Positions 50,012-59,618 of a stretch of 64,000 nucleotides of DNA are shown here, one piece after another; within the stretch, counting starts at the first letter, position 1, and each line of letters starts with the position of its first letter. The translations under genes and the position numbers were made by a program. The stretch lies in IMG/VR virus record IMGVR_UViG_3300028887_000066, positions 64,001 to 128,000 of that record. One strand, written 5' to 3'. The stretch is from a virus. Lineage: Duplodnaviria; Heunggongvirae; Uroviricota; Caudoviricetes. The notes below the pieces were generated by a model that ran no database searches, was not told where the DNA came from, and saw only the letters and a program-made list of their open reading frames with translations.

Positions 50012-51130
50012 TTAGTTTATGTCGTCTATTACAGTATTAAGCAAATCCATATTGCTTTTAACTGTTACTAATTCTGTTTTTAATTTATATGTACCAATAG
50101 GATTGTATCTGTTTACAAATTCTCCGTTTTCCTTAAATGTTATTCCATTAATTACAAGATAATTCTTGTATACAGTAACGACAAATCCCTGGGACACATC
50201 AGTATTCTTGCTCAATTCTTGTGTAGTATCAGATTCAATTACATCATTGCAATATGAACATCCAGGAACATGAATATTGTATGCAACATTAGATGCCCCG
50301 TCCTTGTCATATTCTACATTTTCTGTTTTTGAATGAACCTGCGCTTCAAGAGAATAATTAGTCTGTCCTGTAAACCACACGGTATTTTTATAATATTCGA
50401 TAAGCCTTCTAAGTTTCTGATACGTGTCGAAATCCGTACCATAATACACCAACCCGTTTAAGCCGTACAATTCATAATATTTTGGATAGATATTTCCCGC
50501 CTTATTGAATATCGGAGAATGAAGGAAAACAAAACACTTCTTGTTCCTGTTTTCATCAAGCACACCGTGTAACCACCTCAAGTTATCCTCCAGATAAACG
50601 CCTCCGTTCACACTGTCACTCGACAAGAATGCAAACACGGAATTATCATGAATAAAATAGAAATTACATGTATTTTTCTTATCCTGATATATTATTTTCT
50701 TATATTTTGTATTCTTCGTAGGCATCGTCTTATTCCACCATACCTCGTTTGATTGCATGAAATCCTTATTTCCCTTTGCACAGAACACAGGGACTTTATA
50801 GTATTGTTCATAGCTTTTATTCGAAGCAACAGCCATATTTCCACATACACAGGCAAATTTCACTTTCTCCTTATCGCTGAAAAAATTGATGGCATTCTGA
50901 AAATTGTCAAGGTTTCTTGTGTTTTCCATATCTGTCGCACCATTTACATTAAGCAATGTATCCGACAACACTCCGAATTTATATGAAACTCCTGACATAT
51001 CATTTTCCAAAGTCCTAAGGTCAATCACCCCGACTTTTACCTTAAAGTCACCTTCAATCTTATATACACCTATATGATGGGCTTTCTTCGATACTGCTAT
51101 ATTCTCAGGTATTAAATCTGTCCAAAACAT
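50012..51130 (-). CDS. calcineurin-like metallophosphoesterase, degenerate active site
   Basis: FGVLSDT, CGN, GNKD, FLHSP and FTGQTN correspond to DxH, GD, GNHD, H and GHxH. Confidence 0.7.
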   Translation of the reverse strand: MFWTDLIPENIAVSKKAHHIGVYKIEGDFKVKVGVIDLRTLENDMSGVSYKFGVLSDTLLNVNGATDMENTRNLDNFQNAINFFSDKEKVKFACVCGNMAVASNKSYEQYYKVPVFCAKGNKDFMQSNEVWWNKTMPTKNTKYKKIIYQDKKNTCNFYFIHDNSVFAFLSSDSVNGGVYLEDNLRWLHGVLDENRNKKCFVFLHSPIFNKAGNIYPKYYELYGLNGLVYYGTDFDTYQKLRRLIEYYKNTVWFTGQTNYSLEAQVHSKTENVEYDKDGASNVAYNIHVPGCSYCNDVIESDTTQELSKNTDVSQGFVVTVYKNYLVINGITFKENGEFVNRYNPIGTYKLKTELVTVKSNMDLLNTVIDDIN

Positions 51131-51176
51131 AATATATTACATTATTTTATTATAAATACTTTATCCATTCCATTTT

Positions 51177-51327
51177 TCAGGATTCAGGCTTCCAAATATA
51201 TTTTGCCAATCCACAATTCCATATCTTATAATATCCGAGTTGGGCCGTCATTTCAGATTCTCATCGTCAATGGTAAACCATATTTTTTATGCAATATATG
51301 TTTTTCTGAAACCAAACTTATGATAAA
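51177..51327 (-). pseudogene. frameshifted C-terminal remnant of a Hef-like homing endonuclease-type gene
   Basis: Three frames join to LYHKFGFRK/HILHKKYGLPLTM/ESEMTAQLGYYKIWNCGLAKYIWKPES*. Confidence 0.6.
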
Positions 51328-51356
51328 GTTAATGTTAATTATTATTAAATATACAT

Positions 51357-51392
51357 AAAAAATAGCCGTAGGATTTTTGTCCTACAGCTATT
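51357..51392 (-). terminator. terminator of the major capsid gene
   Basis: aatagccgtagga...tcctacagctatt with an A run on +. Confidence 0.75.
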
Positions 51393-51420
51393 CATATGTA
51401 AGTATTCGTAAATCAATCGA

Positions 51421-53283
51421 TTAGCGAAGCTCGTTGATGTTCCAAGTCTGAAGACCTGCCACCTTGATGGCTCCATAATATCTGTTGTTAACCATCTTCT
51501 TAGCATAACGAGTGATGATACCACGAACAGGTGCAAAGTTAGCACTGTTATAGATAACAGGAGTCAACTGCATTGGAACATAAGGTGCATAGATGTAACC
51601 TGTGTCAAGGAGACTGTCACCCTTATGACCTACAAGTGCGCTTTCAGCAGGTGAATATGGGTCAACATATACCTGATAACGTCCCTGAAGTGAACCAACC
51701 TTCTCAATACCCATTGAGTAAGTAGTAGCCTCAGCGTTAGCGTCAGTTACGTGGAAATACTCAAGGTCATTAAGCATTGCGTTAATCTCGGTAGAAACAA
51801 CTACGAAGTTTGCGCCACCACGAAGTGTTGCCTTGTGGATTTGAGCGGAAATCTGATTAACCTTAGTCATAAAGGTCTGATTCCAGTCCTTCTGAGTGTA
51901 GTTAGTGCTGAAACCACTCTGCCTACGCCATCCGTTGTAGTCCCAATTGAGCTGCCAAGGAGAACCCTTACGGAGGTCACGGAGAATCTCACGGTCAACC
52001 TCTGCTGCAATCTGCTCAGAAAGAATAGCTGTCAACTCAGCCTCTGCGTCGATGTTGTGGAATGCAGCAACGTCTTGCGCCATTTCAGGACTCCAAGTTG
52101 CACGAAGTTTGCGCTCCTCAACAGAAACGGTAACATCAGAAAGCTCGAAGCTAACCTCACCGATTTCAGTCTCAAGCTCAAGGCTGTCATACTGTGCCCA
52201 AGCCACCTGGAACTTATCAGCAACATTTGCTACAGTAATTGCTGAAGGATTAACACCTACCCAACCGTCGATAGTTGCACCGATTGCCTTAGTTGGTTTT
52301 GCAAGGTCAAGCTCAAGATAGATCTTACCTTTTGCATCGCAAGGATTACCGTATTCAACGATACCTGCACCGTAACGCTGTGTAACAACACGGAAAGGAA
52401 CATTCTCGTACTGATCAAAAGCTGTAGTAGTAAGACCGCTCATATCAGTAGCAGGAATAGCAGCCTTTGTGATAACCTTCAAAGAAGCAAGGAATGCCTC
52501 AGTATCCATCTCATTGCCATCAGGGCCAGTGAGCTTAGAAGCACGGAAGCTTGAGAAACCACCTACTGCAACGATAACGTTACGGAGTGTGTCGTCAAGA
52601 CCGCAAGTTTTATAGGTATTTGGCTTGCTATATTCACCATTGCTAAGAATCTCAGCAGCCTCAATAGTACCTACCTTAATAGTGATCTTACCCTTAGAAT
52701 TGTCATAAAGGAAGTCATTGTAGAAGAGGTCATAAAGAGATTTCTTCATGTACTGAGTCACCTGAGGAGTATTGCCGCTTGCGTCAACATTGATTACCTC
52801 ATCAGGAAGATAGTAACGGTTAACTGTCTCGCCACTTGCGCTGTTACGCTGTGTGCGCTCGTAGCCCATAAGGCCGTAGTGTGAACCTGTGTCGCCATCA
52901 GTGATCTGACCGTCATTCTGAACCTCCCATTTACGCTCTGATGTAACAGGCTTGATGAAGAACAGTTTACCGATAGGCATATTCATAGCCTGAACAGAAA
53001 CGATGTCGTTTGCAAGCAGGCGAGAGAACACACGGCGAACCAATGGGAACACCACTGTCTCGAATGAACCGCTGTTAGAAGCGTCAGTAGCCTCGTTAAG
53101 AGTCTTCAAAGTCTGGTTAGCCTGATTCTCGAAAAGAACGGCCATATTTTCTTTAAGGTATCCCTTCAAGCCCTTTGTGAAGCCAAGGTTTTCCCAACGC
53201 TCATTGATTTGCTTACGTACTTGGGTCTGTGCATCGGTAGCAATACGACCGACTTTACCCTCTGTCAAAAAATTAGAAATCAT
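51421..53283 (-). CDS. major capsid protein (T4 gp23-like)
   Basis: VSVQAMNMPIG, RKLRATWSPEMAQD, AEAELTAILSEQIAAEVDREI, GYIYAPYVP, RGIITRY. Confidence 0.97.
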   Translation of the reverse strand: MISNFLTEGKVGRIATDAQTQVRKQINERWENLGFTKGLKGYLKENMAVLFENQANQTLKTLNEATDASNSGSFETVVFPLVRRVFSRLLANDIVSVQAMNMPIGKLFFIKPVTSERKWEVQNDGQITDGDTGSHYGLMGYERTQRNSASGETVNRYYLPDEVINVDASGNTPQVTQYMKKSLYDLFYNDFLYDNSKGKITIKVGTIEAAEILSNGEYSKPNTYKTCGLDDTLRNVIVAVGGFSSFRASKLTGPDGNEMDTEAFLASLKVITKAAIPATDMSGLTTTAFDQYENVPFRVVTQRYGAGIVEYGNPCDAKGKIYLELDLAKPTKAIGATIDGWVGVNPSAITVANVADKFQVAWAQYDSLELETEIGEVSFELSDVTVSVEERKLRATWSPEMAQDVAAFHNIDAEAELTAILSEQIAAEVDREILRDLRKGSPWQLNWDYNGWRRQSGFSTNYTQKDWNQTFMTKVNQISAQIHKATLRGGANFVVVSTEINAMLNDLEYFHVTDANAEATTYSMGIEKVGSLQGRYQVYVDPYSPAESALVGHKGDSLLDTGYIYAPYVPMQLTPVIYNSANFAPVRGIITRYAKKMVNNRYYGAIKVAGLQTWNINELR

Positions 53284-53338
53284 TGTATAGAACGATTTTT
53301 ATTTCAGTTATTTTTATTTCTTATTTTGTAATTTGTTT

Positions 53339-54787
53339 TTACTTAAACAAGTTGTCCATTCTGTCCATCAAGTCAAGTGCTGGGTTGCTCTTTCTGTTCT
53401 GATAGATAGTGGTCTCGTTAAGCATGTCGGAAGATTTTGCTGAAATCTGCTTTTCAAGAACGACTGCTGATTTCTTGTTCTCATTGAGTTCCATTTTTAT
53501 TGTCTCATAGAGAGCTTTTCCTTCCTTAATGGTCTTTACATTGTTGAAACGCTCAAGAATTGTTTTCTTCTCTTTTGCGGTTGTTGTCTCGTTTACAAGA
53601 AGCTTGATCACCTGTCCCATATTGACGTTAAGTGTAGCTGCCTCATAAACGGCTTTCTTGAGTTTATCAATGCAAGCCTCGTATTTTTTGTTTTCAGCTT
53701 GGATTTCCTTTGCCTTGTTGAAGATTTTAGCTGCTGATTCCCTAAGAGCCTTTACTGTGGCATCATTAGGATCAGATACGACGTGTTGGTTCTGTGCATC
53801 CTTATTGAGCCTGTTGGTTGACTTCTTCATAGCGTGCTTAGTGTTCAAGCCTTGTCCGTCTTCCTCAAGTGTAGCTTCTTCGCCTGTCACAGGTGCTGAT
53901 CCACACTCGTTTACATTCTCATTGACCTTTTCATTAAATGGATCATCATCACCTTTTTTACCATAAGGTCTCTTATTACCCTCAGGCGCACCGTCGTCCA
54001 TAGAATAGGTGGTTTTCTTGTCTGCTGGCTCATTCATATTAAGTCCAGGCATCACATCTTTCTGGTAGTCATTAACCATCATGTTCTTCTCTTCTTTAAG
54101 TTCTTCTTCTGCATTATCAGCATCCTCATCCTCGCCGTCAAGCTGTATGTCGATGAAATCATCACCAGCTTCGTCAGTTTCATCACCGCCAAGATCGATT
54201 GTAAGCTCTTCACCATCGTCTTCGCCGTCGGTTTCAGGTGCTGCATCCTCAGGAGTCTCTTCAGGAGTTTCCTCTGCTGCGTCGGCATCTAGTTTGATCA
54301 CGTATTCTGCGCCAGTCTCTTCATCCTTGACTTCATAATCACCATTTTCATCTTTTTTGACAAAAATCTGATCATCATCACCAAGTTTATTATAGACCTT
54401 GAGGAGCATTTCTCCATCCTCATCATCCACGCCCGTGAAATCATAATCATTGTCGCCAACCTTGTAGTCCTCCATATCCGACCATTCGTCATCGGCATCC
54501 TCGGCGGGAGTTTCATCCTCGGCCTCGGCATTCTCGCCCTCCTCATTTTCAGGAGTTTCGTCAGAATCTGCTACGTCGGTATTGACATCCTCTACTTCAC
54601 AACTATCTTCCGAGCCGTCAACGCATGGCTCAGTTTTTGGTTCCTCGTCCTCATCATCATCGTTGATGAGATTCTCAAGAGCCTCATTCATGAGTTCCTT
54701 CATTGACTTTTCGGTACTCTCCTTCAATGCCTTTGCGATTTCTTCAGCATTGCGGATAGTTTTTTCTGCCGTATTATTTTTTTTCAT
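53339..54787 (-). CDS. prohead core scaffolding protein (gp22-like)
   Basis: Very acidic, coiled-coil C-terminus, many LxE sites; lies between the protease and the capsid gene. Confidence 0.8.
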   Translation of the reverse strand: MKKNNTAEKTIRNAEEIAKALKESTEKSMKELMNEALENLINDDDEDEEPKTEPCVDGSEDSCEVEDVNTDVADSDETPENEEGENAEAEDETPAEDADDEWSDMEDYKVGDNDYDFTGVDDEDGEMLLKVYNKLGDDDQIFVKKDENGDYEVKDEETGAEYVIKLDADAAEETPEETPEDAAPETDGEDDGEELTIDLGGDETDEAGDDFIDIQLDGEDEDADNAEEELKEEKNMMVNDYQKDVMPGLNMNEPADKKTTYSMDDGAPEGNKRPYGKKGDDDPFNEKVNENVNECGSAPVTGEEATLEEDGQGLNTKHAMKKSTNRLNKDAQNQHVVSDPNDATVKALRESAAKIFNKAKEIQAENKKYEACIDKLKKAVYEAATLNVNMGQVIKLLVNETTTAKEKKTILERFNNVKTIKEGKALYETIKMELNENKKSAVVLEKQISAKSSDMLNETTIYQNRKSNPALDLMDRMDNLFK

Positions 54788-54973
54788 AAAATAAGCTTTT
54801 TCTAATTAGAATTTGTTATATATTTTACTGATAAATATGAGCTAAAAGCAAAAAATCACATAGTACAAAGAAAAAAGTTGCATATTATGTGATATATTTC
54901 TATTTTTAGCACACATTTTAATTATAAATACTTCTTAACTCGTAAAATTTACACTTTGCCATTGTTTTTCCAT

Positions 54974-56218
54974 TTATCCGTTTAACCATGAGTCAAACTT
55001 GGAAAATTTGTCTTCTTTAATCAATGGCTTATCCTTATTTGATTCATCCGATTCAATATAAGGCTGTAAATCTTGCGGATTCATTTCAATAAACGCCGAA
55101 TTTGTCGATGGCTGTGACACACAATCCCAACAAACCAATTCAAGGTCATCACCAACTACAAGCTTATCCATTACTTGTGTAACAGAACCTAAAGCCCTTG
55201 ATGAAACACCTATCCTTAATCCTGAAAGTATCCAATGTGCAACTTGGTCGGCACAATTTGAAATTATTCCGTAGTTCCTAAAACCGTCACTGATTGGTAA
55301 TTCCATCTTTCCGACAAGAGTATGTCCTTCCCAATGAAGCTCTATTATATTCATTGCTATTCTTGAAAGGTCTATCGTAGATGTCTCAGGATGATTGCAA
55401 TTCTTTGTCCAATGCGCCTTATCTCCTTGCTTTACATACCACGTATGATTAGGTGTTTCAACACACAATACCCTTCCTTTATACGGCACTTTTTCTATCT
55501 TCATGTGCCTTTCATTAAGATAGACCCTTTTATCTGTCGAATATTTGTCAAGAGACATGTCCTTTTCACATGGTATAAAATAGAAATCATCTGTATCAGA
55601 ACCACCCATGCCAAAATTTCTTTCTATGTCCGTAGCCGTCTTAAAGCCATAGAAGGATGCCTTCCTATCATTTGAACTACCTCCAAGGCTATTTTTTATG
55701 ATATAAACAGGATACCCATGTTCAGGTGTGACAAAATCATCTATATAGCTTCCGTACATATGATAGAGCATACCGTCAAACAATTTGTCGGTTATAAATG
55801 TTACCTTCTGAAGTTCTACCTCATTCGTCCTTGTATTAAGTGTAATAACAGAATCACCGACCTCAATTTCACCAAGCGGTTTCCATCCCTCTTCTGTCAA
55901 ACATTCAGCATCTGGCGTATAGCATTCTCCATATGCGCTTCTCGCTTTTATTTTTTGCTGGTATTTTTCTACTTCTCTTTTTAATATAGATTCGGGATAT
56001 ATGCGCCCATTCGCATTTTCTATACCGAATTTTTGGAACACGGCTGACACAATGAATGGATTGGGAAGATTCCTTGCCCTTGACTCGCCATCTCCCAATG
56101 ATTCATTGAGCTTTTCGTTTCCCTTCACATCAAGAGACACGAAACCATCATTCTCAATAAGCAAGCCTTTTCCCTGCTCACCTTTTTTTATTTCGACTAA
56201 TGTATTTTCCTTATACAT
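54974..56218 (-). CDS. prohead protease (T4 gp21-like) with intein
   Basis: N.NGRIYP, GE|C.HP, GVSSRALGS and D.VSQPST motifs. Confidence 0.92.
   Translation of the reverse strand: MYKENTLVEIKKGEQGKGLLIENDGFVSLDVKGNEKLNESLGDGESRARNLPNPFIVSAVFQKFGIENANGRIYPESILKREVEKYQQKIKARSAYGECYTPDAECLTEEGWKPLGEIEVGDSVITLNTRTNEVELQKVTFITDKLFDGMLYHMYGSYIDDFVTPEHGYPVYIIKNSLGGSSNDRKASFYGFKTATDIERNFGMGGSDTDDFYFIPCEKDMSLDKYSTDKRVYLNERHMKIEKVPYKGRVLCVETPNHTWYVKQGDKAHWTKNCNHPETSTIDLSRIAMNIIELHWEGHTLVGKMELPISDGFRNYGIISNCADQVAHWILSGLRIGVSSRALGSVTQVMDKLVVGDDLELVCWDCVSQPSTNSAFIEMNPQDLQPYIESDESNKDKPLIKEDKFSKFDSWLNG
55400..55924 (-). mobile_element. mini-intein (175 aa, no endonuclease)
   Basis: Starts CYTPDAECLTEEGWK, block B VTPEH, ends VLCVETPNHT...WTKN followed by extein Cys. 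Confidence 0.9.
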
Positions 56219-56319
56219 TTTTATATTATCACCATTTATTATTATAAATACCTTGAATCTGTGAAAAACTATATTTATTGTATATTTGTGAAAAATAACC
56301 TTTCAATTAGAAAAAACAA

Positions 56320-56541
56320 ATGTCGAAAAACAATTGCATTAAAGTGGACGGAACAATATTGGAAGCATTATCCAATTCCAACTTCAAAGTAGAACTTGAC
56401 AATGGGGCGGTTATTATATGCTTTTTGTCGGGTAAAATGAGAATGAACTATATTAAAGTAATACCTGGGGATAGGGTTGGAGTGGAAATGAGTCCGTATG
56501 ATCTAACAAAGGGGAGGATTTCTGTCAGATATAAGGCATAA
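56320..56541 (+). CDS. infA: translation initiation factor IF-1
   Basis: [13 protein letters not shown]...[33 protein letters not shown]. Confidence 0.97.
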   Translation: MSKNNCIKVDGTILEALSNSNFKVELDNGAVIICFLSGKMRMNYIKVIPGDRVGVEMSPYDLTKGRISVRYKA

Positions 56542-56601
56542 TTTGATCAGTAATTATAGAACTATATAGTGTGTGCGCACACACATTCCTTGACCTTAAT
56601 C

Positions 56602-56651
56602 AAAAAATGGGGCTGAAACTATGTTTTACGGCATAGTTTTGACCCCATTTT
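56602..56651. terminator. long hairpin/terminator
   Basis: aaaatgggg..aaactatg...catagtttt..ccccatttt. Confidence 0.6.
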
Positions 56652-56724
56652 ACTTTTTAAGAATATATATTTGTGACGCAAATTCAAAGTAATAATAACA
56701 TTTTAAGAAAAATTAGAAAAAATT

Positions 56725-57117
56725 ATGAGAAAGTTTTTAATTACAATGGTTAGTATTTTTATGTTTGCAATGAGTGCAAGCGCAAATGACGTTAAAGTGA
56801 TCAACGACACAATTCATTCACATTTTAACAAAATTACTGTAAACGTTCCTGCAAAGATCAGGGTGTTGGAATCAAACACAATGATGATACGTATTATCGC
56901 ACCTGACGGAACAACGGCTAATTCAGTAAAATGGGATGTTCAGGACGGAAAACTTAGAATCTTCCCTGTACGTAGTGAAGACTTTTTTGAAAAAGAAGTG
57001 AATATCATAATCACAAGTCCATTGATCAAAAATGCTGACACAATGAAATTTCCTGAGATTGAAGCAGGCAGAGACTGCGTTATTATCGAAAATAAGCAAA
57101 TCAAAATGGAAAGTTAA
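56725..57117 (+). CDS. secreted protein with GIN/DUF2807-like beta repeat
   Basis: Signal peptide ending ASA; FNKITV...V.DGKLRI. Confidence 0.6.
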   Translation: MRKFLITMVSIFMFAMSASANDVKVINDTIHSHFNKITVNVPAKIRVLESNTMMIRIIAPDGTTANSVKWDVQDGKLRIFPVRSEDFFEKEVNIIITSPLIKNADTMKFPEIEAGRDCVIIENKQIKMES

Positions 57118-57154
57118 TGCTATGGACACTAACGGTACAAACATTACAAAGAAG

Positions 57155-57197
57155 AAATCGGGACGCTCAAACTTAGATGCTTGAATGTCCCGATTTT
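57155..57197. terminator. bidirectional terminator
   Basis: aaatcgggac...gtcccgattt between convergent genes. Confidence 0.7.
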
Positions 57198-57202
57198 ATT
57201 TT

Positions 57203-58789
57203 TTACCATAACGGATTTCTATGAGAAATTCTTACTGTCCGACTCAATGGTTTCTGATTATTTACTACAGTTGTTCCATTACGTCCCACTATTATTCTCA
57301 CTTTCCTATTTTCATTATTTAATGGGTTCTGTTTAATTTCCTTTAAGACTGTTCTTTCATTTACTATTATTTGTGGCATTATCGTCTCCGTATTGAGTCG
57401 ATTGGGTATTTTCTTATGTCCAGGATTCCATTTAAAATATTCAGACTTATGAATATTTTTATCCAAATATGAGACAATATCTGTTTGAAGCTTCCATACG
57501 GCATAGTTGAATGACAATTGGTCTCTATGGGATTTATTTTTTAATTCCTCCCACCATTTCTCCATTAATTTTATACATTCATAATCATTATGTTTCCTGA
57601 TTATGATATTCGATTGTACTAACCCATAATCAGATGGAAAACCTTCTTCCCTATACCCGTTTAACTGTTTATTAACATTTTCTTTTGTATCCTTTTTTAG
57701 TCTTATTACTGCCGACCCTTCAGCATATATGCAATTTCTTTCAGGATGCTGTGGTATAAACACACTTTTTTCGCTATCTATGTTTTCATTAAATAATTTT
57801 GAAACTGTACTTAAAATTTCAATATTTCCATCTATCCATAATGACATTTTGTATTCTGATAAATATTTGTGAGGATTTATCTTTATACAACGCTGTTTCT
57901 TAACATTCGATAAATTCATATCCGATACTTCATATGGAATTTGTCTAATTTCCCATACATTAGATTTAATATCTGTATTATCGGTAAAGCAAATATAATC
58001 CACATCAGGATCAACAACTCTTGGCTCAAGAAGGGTATCGTAACCACCAATTATACAAGTATATACAACTTTATCAGGTCTCGGATAATTCCATAAATGT
58101 TTATTTTCCTCAAGCCAAACTTCTGGATCTATTCTTTTGTAATGATGCTTGTTTCTCGCAGACTCTAACCAACTTCCAGCCCTATAATGTTCTATATAAC
58201 AGTTGTTATCTATCCTTTTCATATTATTTTGTACATCATCATAAAATGAGCCTCCAGTATCGTAAAACCTGCTTTGCGGGGTTATATTAAAACCAAGCAT
58301 TCTATTTTCGTCAAAAAAATGAATGCCATTTTCTTTACATTTAATAACATTAATATAACATATAAATGGAGTTATTCGTTTTCTTGGCCCAAATCTTTCA
58401 ATATCGGCAACAGCATAGTAGTCGTCATTACAAATTTCAGAAATATCTCTTTTTATTAAAACATCAGAATCCAATAAAATAAAATTATCCCCTATTAGAT
58501 CCATACATTTTTCTATTGAATAACAATGTTTTGCACTTCCAAAATCATTTACGGCAGCACCAATTCCTCTGTCTCTTTTAGGATAATGTGTAAGCCATTC
58601 CTCAAAATTTATTATTTGCCCCTTCGTGTTATCAAACACGGTCATATTATCATAATGCTTGACCCACGGATTAACGTCACTATTGTCGAATATGTATATA
58701 TAAGAATCAGGGGTATTACGTTTAATACTCCTTACAAGTGCATCCGTTAAATTCGGCGTATTATAATGTACTATACATATTTTTACCAT
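57203..58789 (-). CDS. two-domain glycosyltransferase (GT-A + DUF616/TOD1-like)
   Basis: N-terminal IVHYNTP...DNS...LLDSDV; C-terminal VYTCIIGGYD, CFTD, WIDGN, HP.RNCIY, RDQLSFNY. Confidence 0.8.
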   Translation of the reverse strand: MVKICIVHYNTPNLTDALVRSIKRNTPDSYIYIFDNSDVNPWVKHYDNMTVFDNTKGQIINFEEWLTHYPKRDRGIGAAVNDFGSAKHCYSIEKCMDLIGDNFILLDSDVLIKRDISEICNDDYYAVADIERFGPRKRITPFICYINVIKCKENGIHFFDENRMLGFNITPQSRFYDTGGSFYDDVQNNMKRIDNNCYIEHYRAGSWLESARNKHHYKRIDPEVWLEENKHLWNYPRPDKVVYTCIIGGYDTLLEPRVVDPDVDYICFTDNTDIKSNVWEIRQIPYEVSDMNLSNVKKQRCIKINPHKYLSEYKMSLWIDGNIEILSTVSKLFNENIDSEKSVFIPQHPERNCIYAEGSAVIRLKKDTKENVNKQLNGYREEGFPSDYGLVQSNIIIRKHNDYECIKLMEKWWEELKNKSHRDQLSFNYAVWKLQTDIVSYLDKNIHKSEYFKWNPGHKKIPNRLNTETIMPQIIVNERTVLKEIKQNPLNNENRKVRIIVGRNGTTVVNNQKPLSRTVRISHRNPLW

Positions 58790-58793
58790 AGTA

Positions 58794-59618
58794 TTACTTT
58801 TGTAAATCAAGCAAATCTCCTATCCTGATATTATCTGAAGGGTCTTTGTATTTGAATGTCATAGCTCCAGGCGTGAATGTCATCTCACCAAGGTAAACAG
58901 TTTCGTCAATCTCATAAAAATCAACTCTAACAAATTTGAATGGTTCGGAAAGCTTCTTTGAATATTCCACCATTTCATTGAAACCTGATGGTTTTTTGTA
59001 TTTGTTGTTTGGTTTTACCTTATAAAGATTCACCTCATTATCGTTCATATCATAATACATTATATCACCATGTCCGAAGCCATCATTTACCGTCCATAAT
59101 TTAGGATTCCCATTAAAGCACCAAAACTTATAATCAAACAAAGAATCACCATTCCCGTCACGCATTCTTTTTTCCGCAAATATTCTATGTGGTATATCAT
59201 GATAATGTATTTCAACACCATTTCTGAAAGCAAAATCATCTTTCATCCATTTGTCAAGATTGCGTATTGCCGCAGTTTTGTCTAATTTTGCCTTATCATT
59301 GACAATAATATTCATACCACTCCCATGATTGCATTTCATTACAAACTCATTCGGCAGCTCATCCCAATTTATTTCAGATATATCATTATACATCTTAATA
59401 ATAGGGATACAAATATCCTTTCCAAGCTTTTCTTTGCAATATTCGTGTAATAATATTTTATCTGCACACTTAACTTTCAATGGGTTTGTATCATAAAAAT
59501 TAAGCCAAGCCAATTTCTCCTGTATTGTTCTTGGGTTATCCATATTGAAAGACAAACCTATTCTTCTGAATATTGCTCTCTCTCTGTCAATATATTTAAG
59601 CGGATCAATACTATACAT
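58794..59618 (-). CDS. TupA-like ATP-grasp protein
   Basis: NP.TIQEKL.WL, ADK, FVMKCNHGSG, DYKFWCFNG, FVRVDFY, GEMTFTPG. Confidence 0.9.
   Translation of the reverse strand: MYSIDPLKYIDRERAIFRRIGLSFNMDNPRTIQEKLAWLNFYDTNPLKVKCADKILLHEYCKEKLGKDICIPIIKMYNDISEINWDELPNEFVMKCNHGSGMNIIVNDKAKLDKTAAIRNLDKWMKDDFAFRNGVEIHYHDIPHRIFAEKRMRDGNGDSLFDYKFWCFNGNPKLWTVNDGFGHGDIMYYDMNDNEVNLYKVKPNNKYKKPSGFNEMVEYSKKLSEPFKFVRVDFYEIDETVYLGEMTFTPGAMTFKYKDPSDNIRIGDLLDLQK

Noticed and set aside
51751-52321. Long antisense ORFs over the capsid gene and many similar shadow ORFs in the track
   Set aside because: Explained by codon bias of the sense genes; no motifs or expression signals
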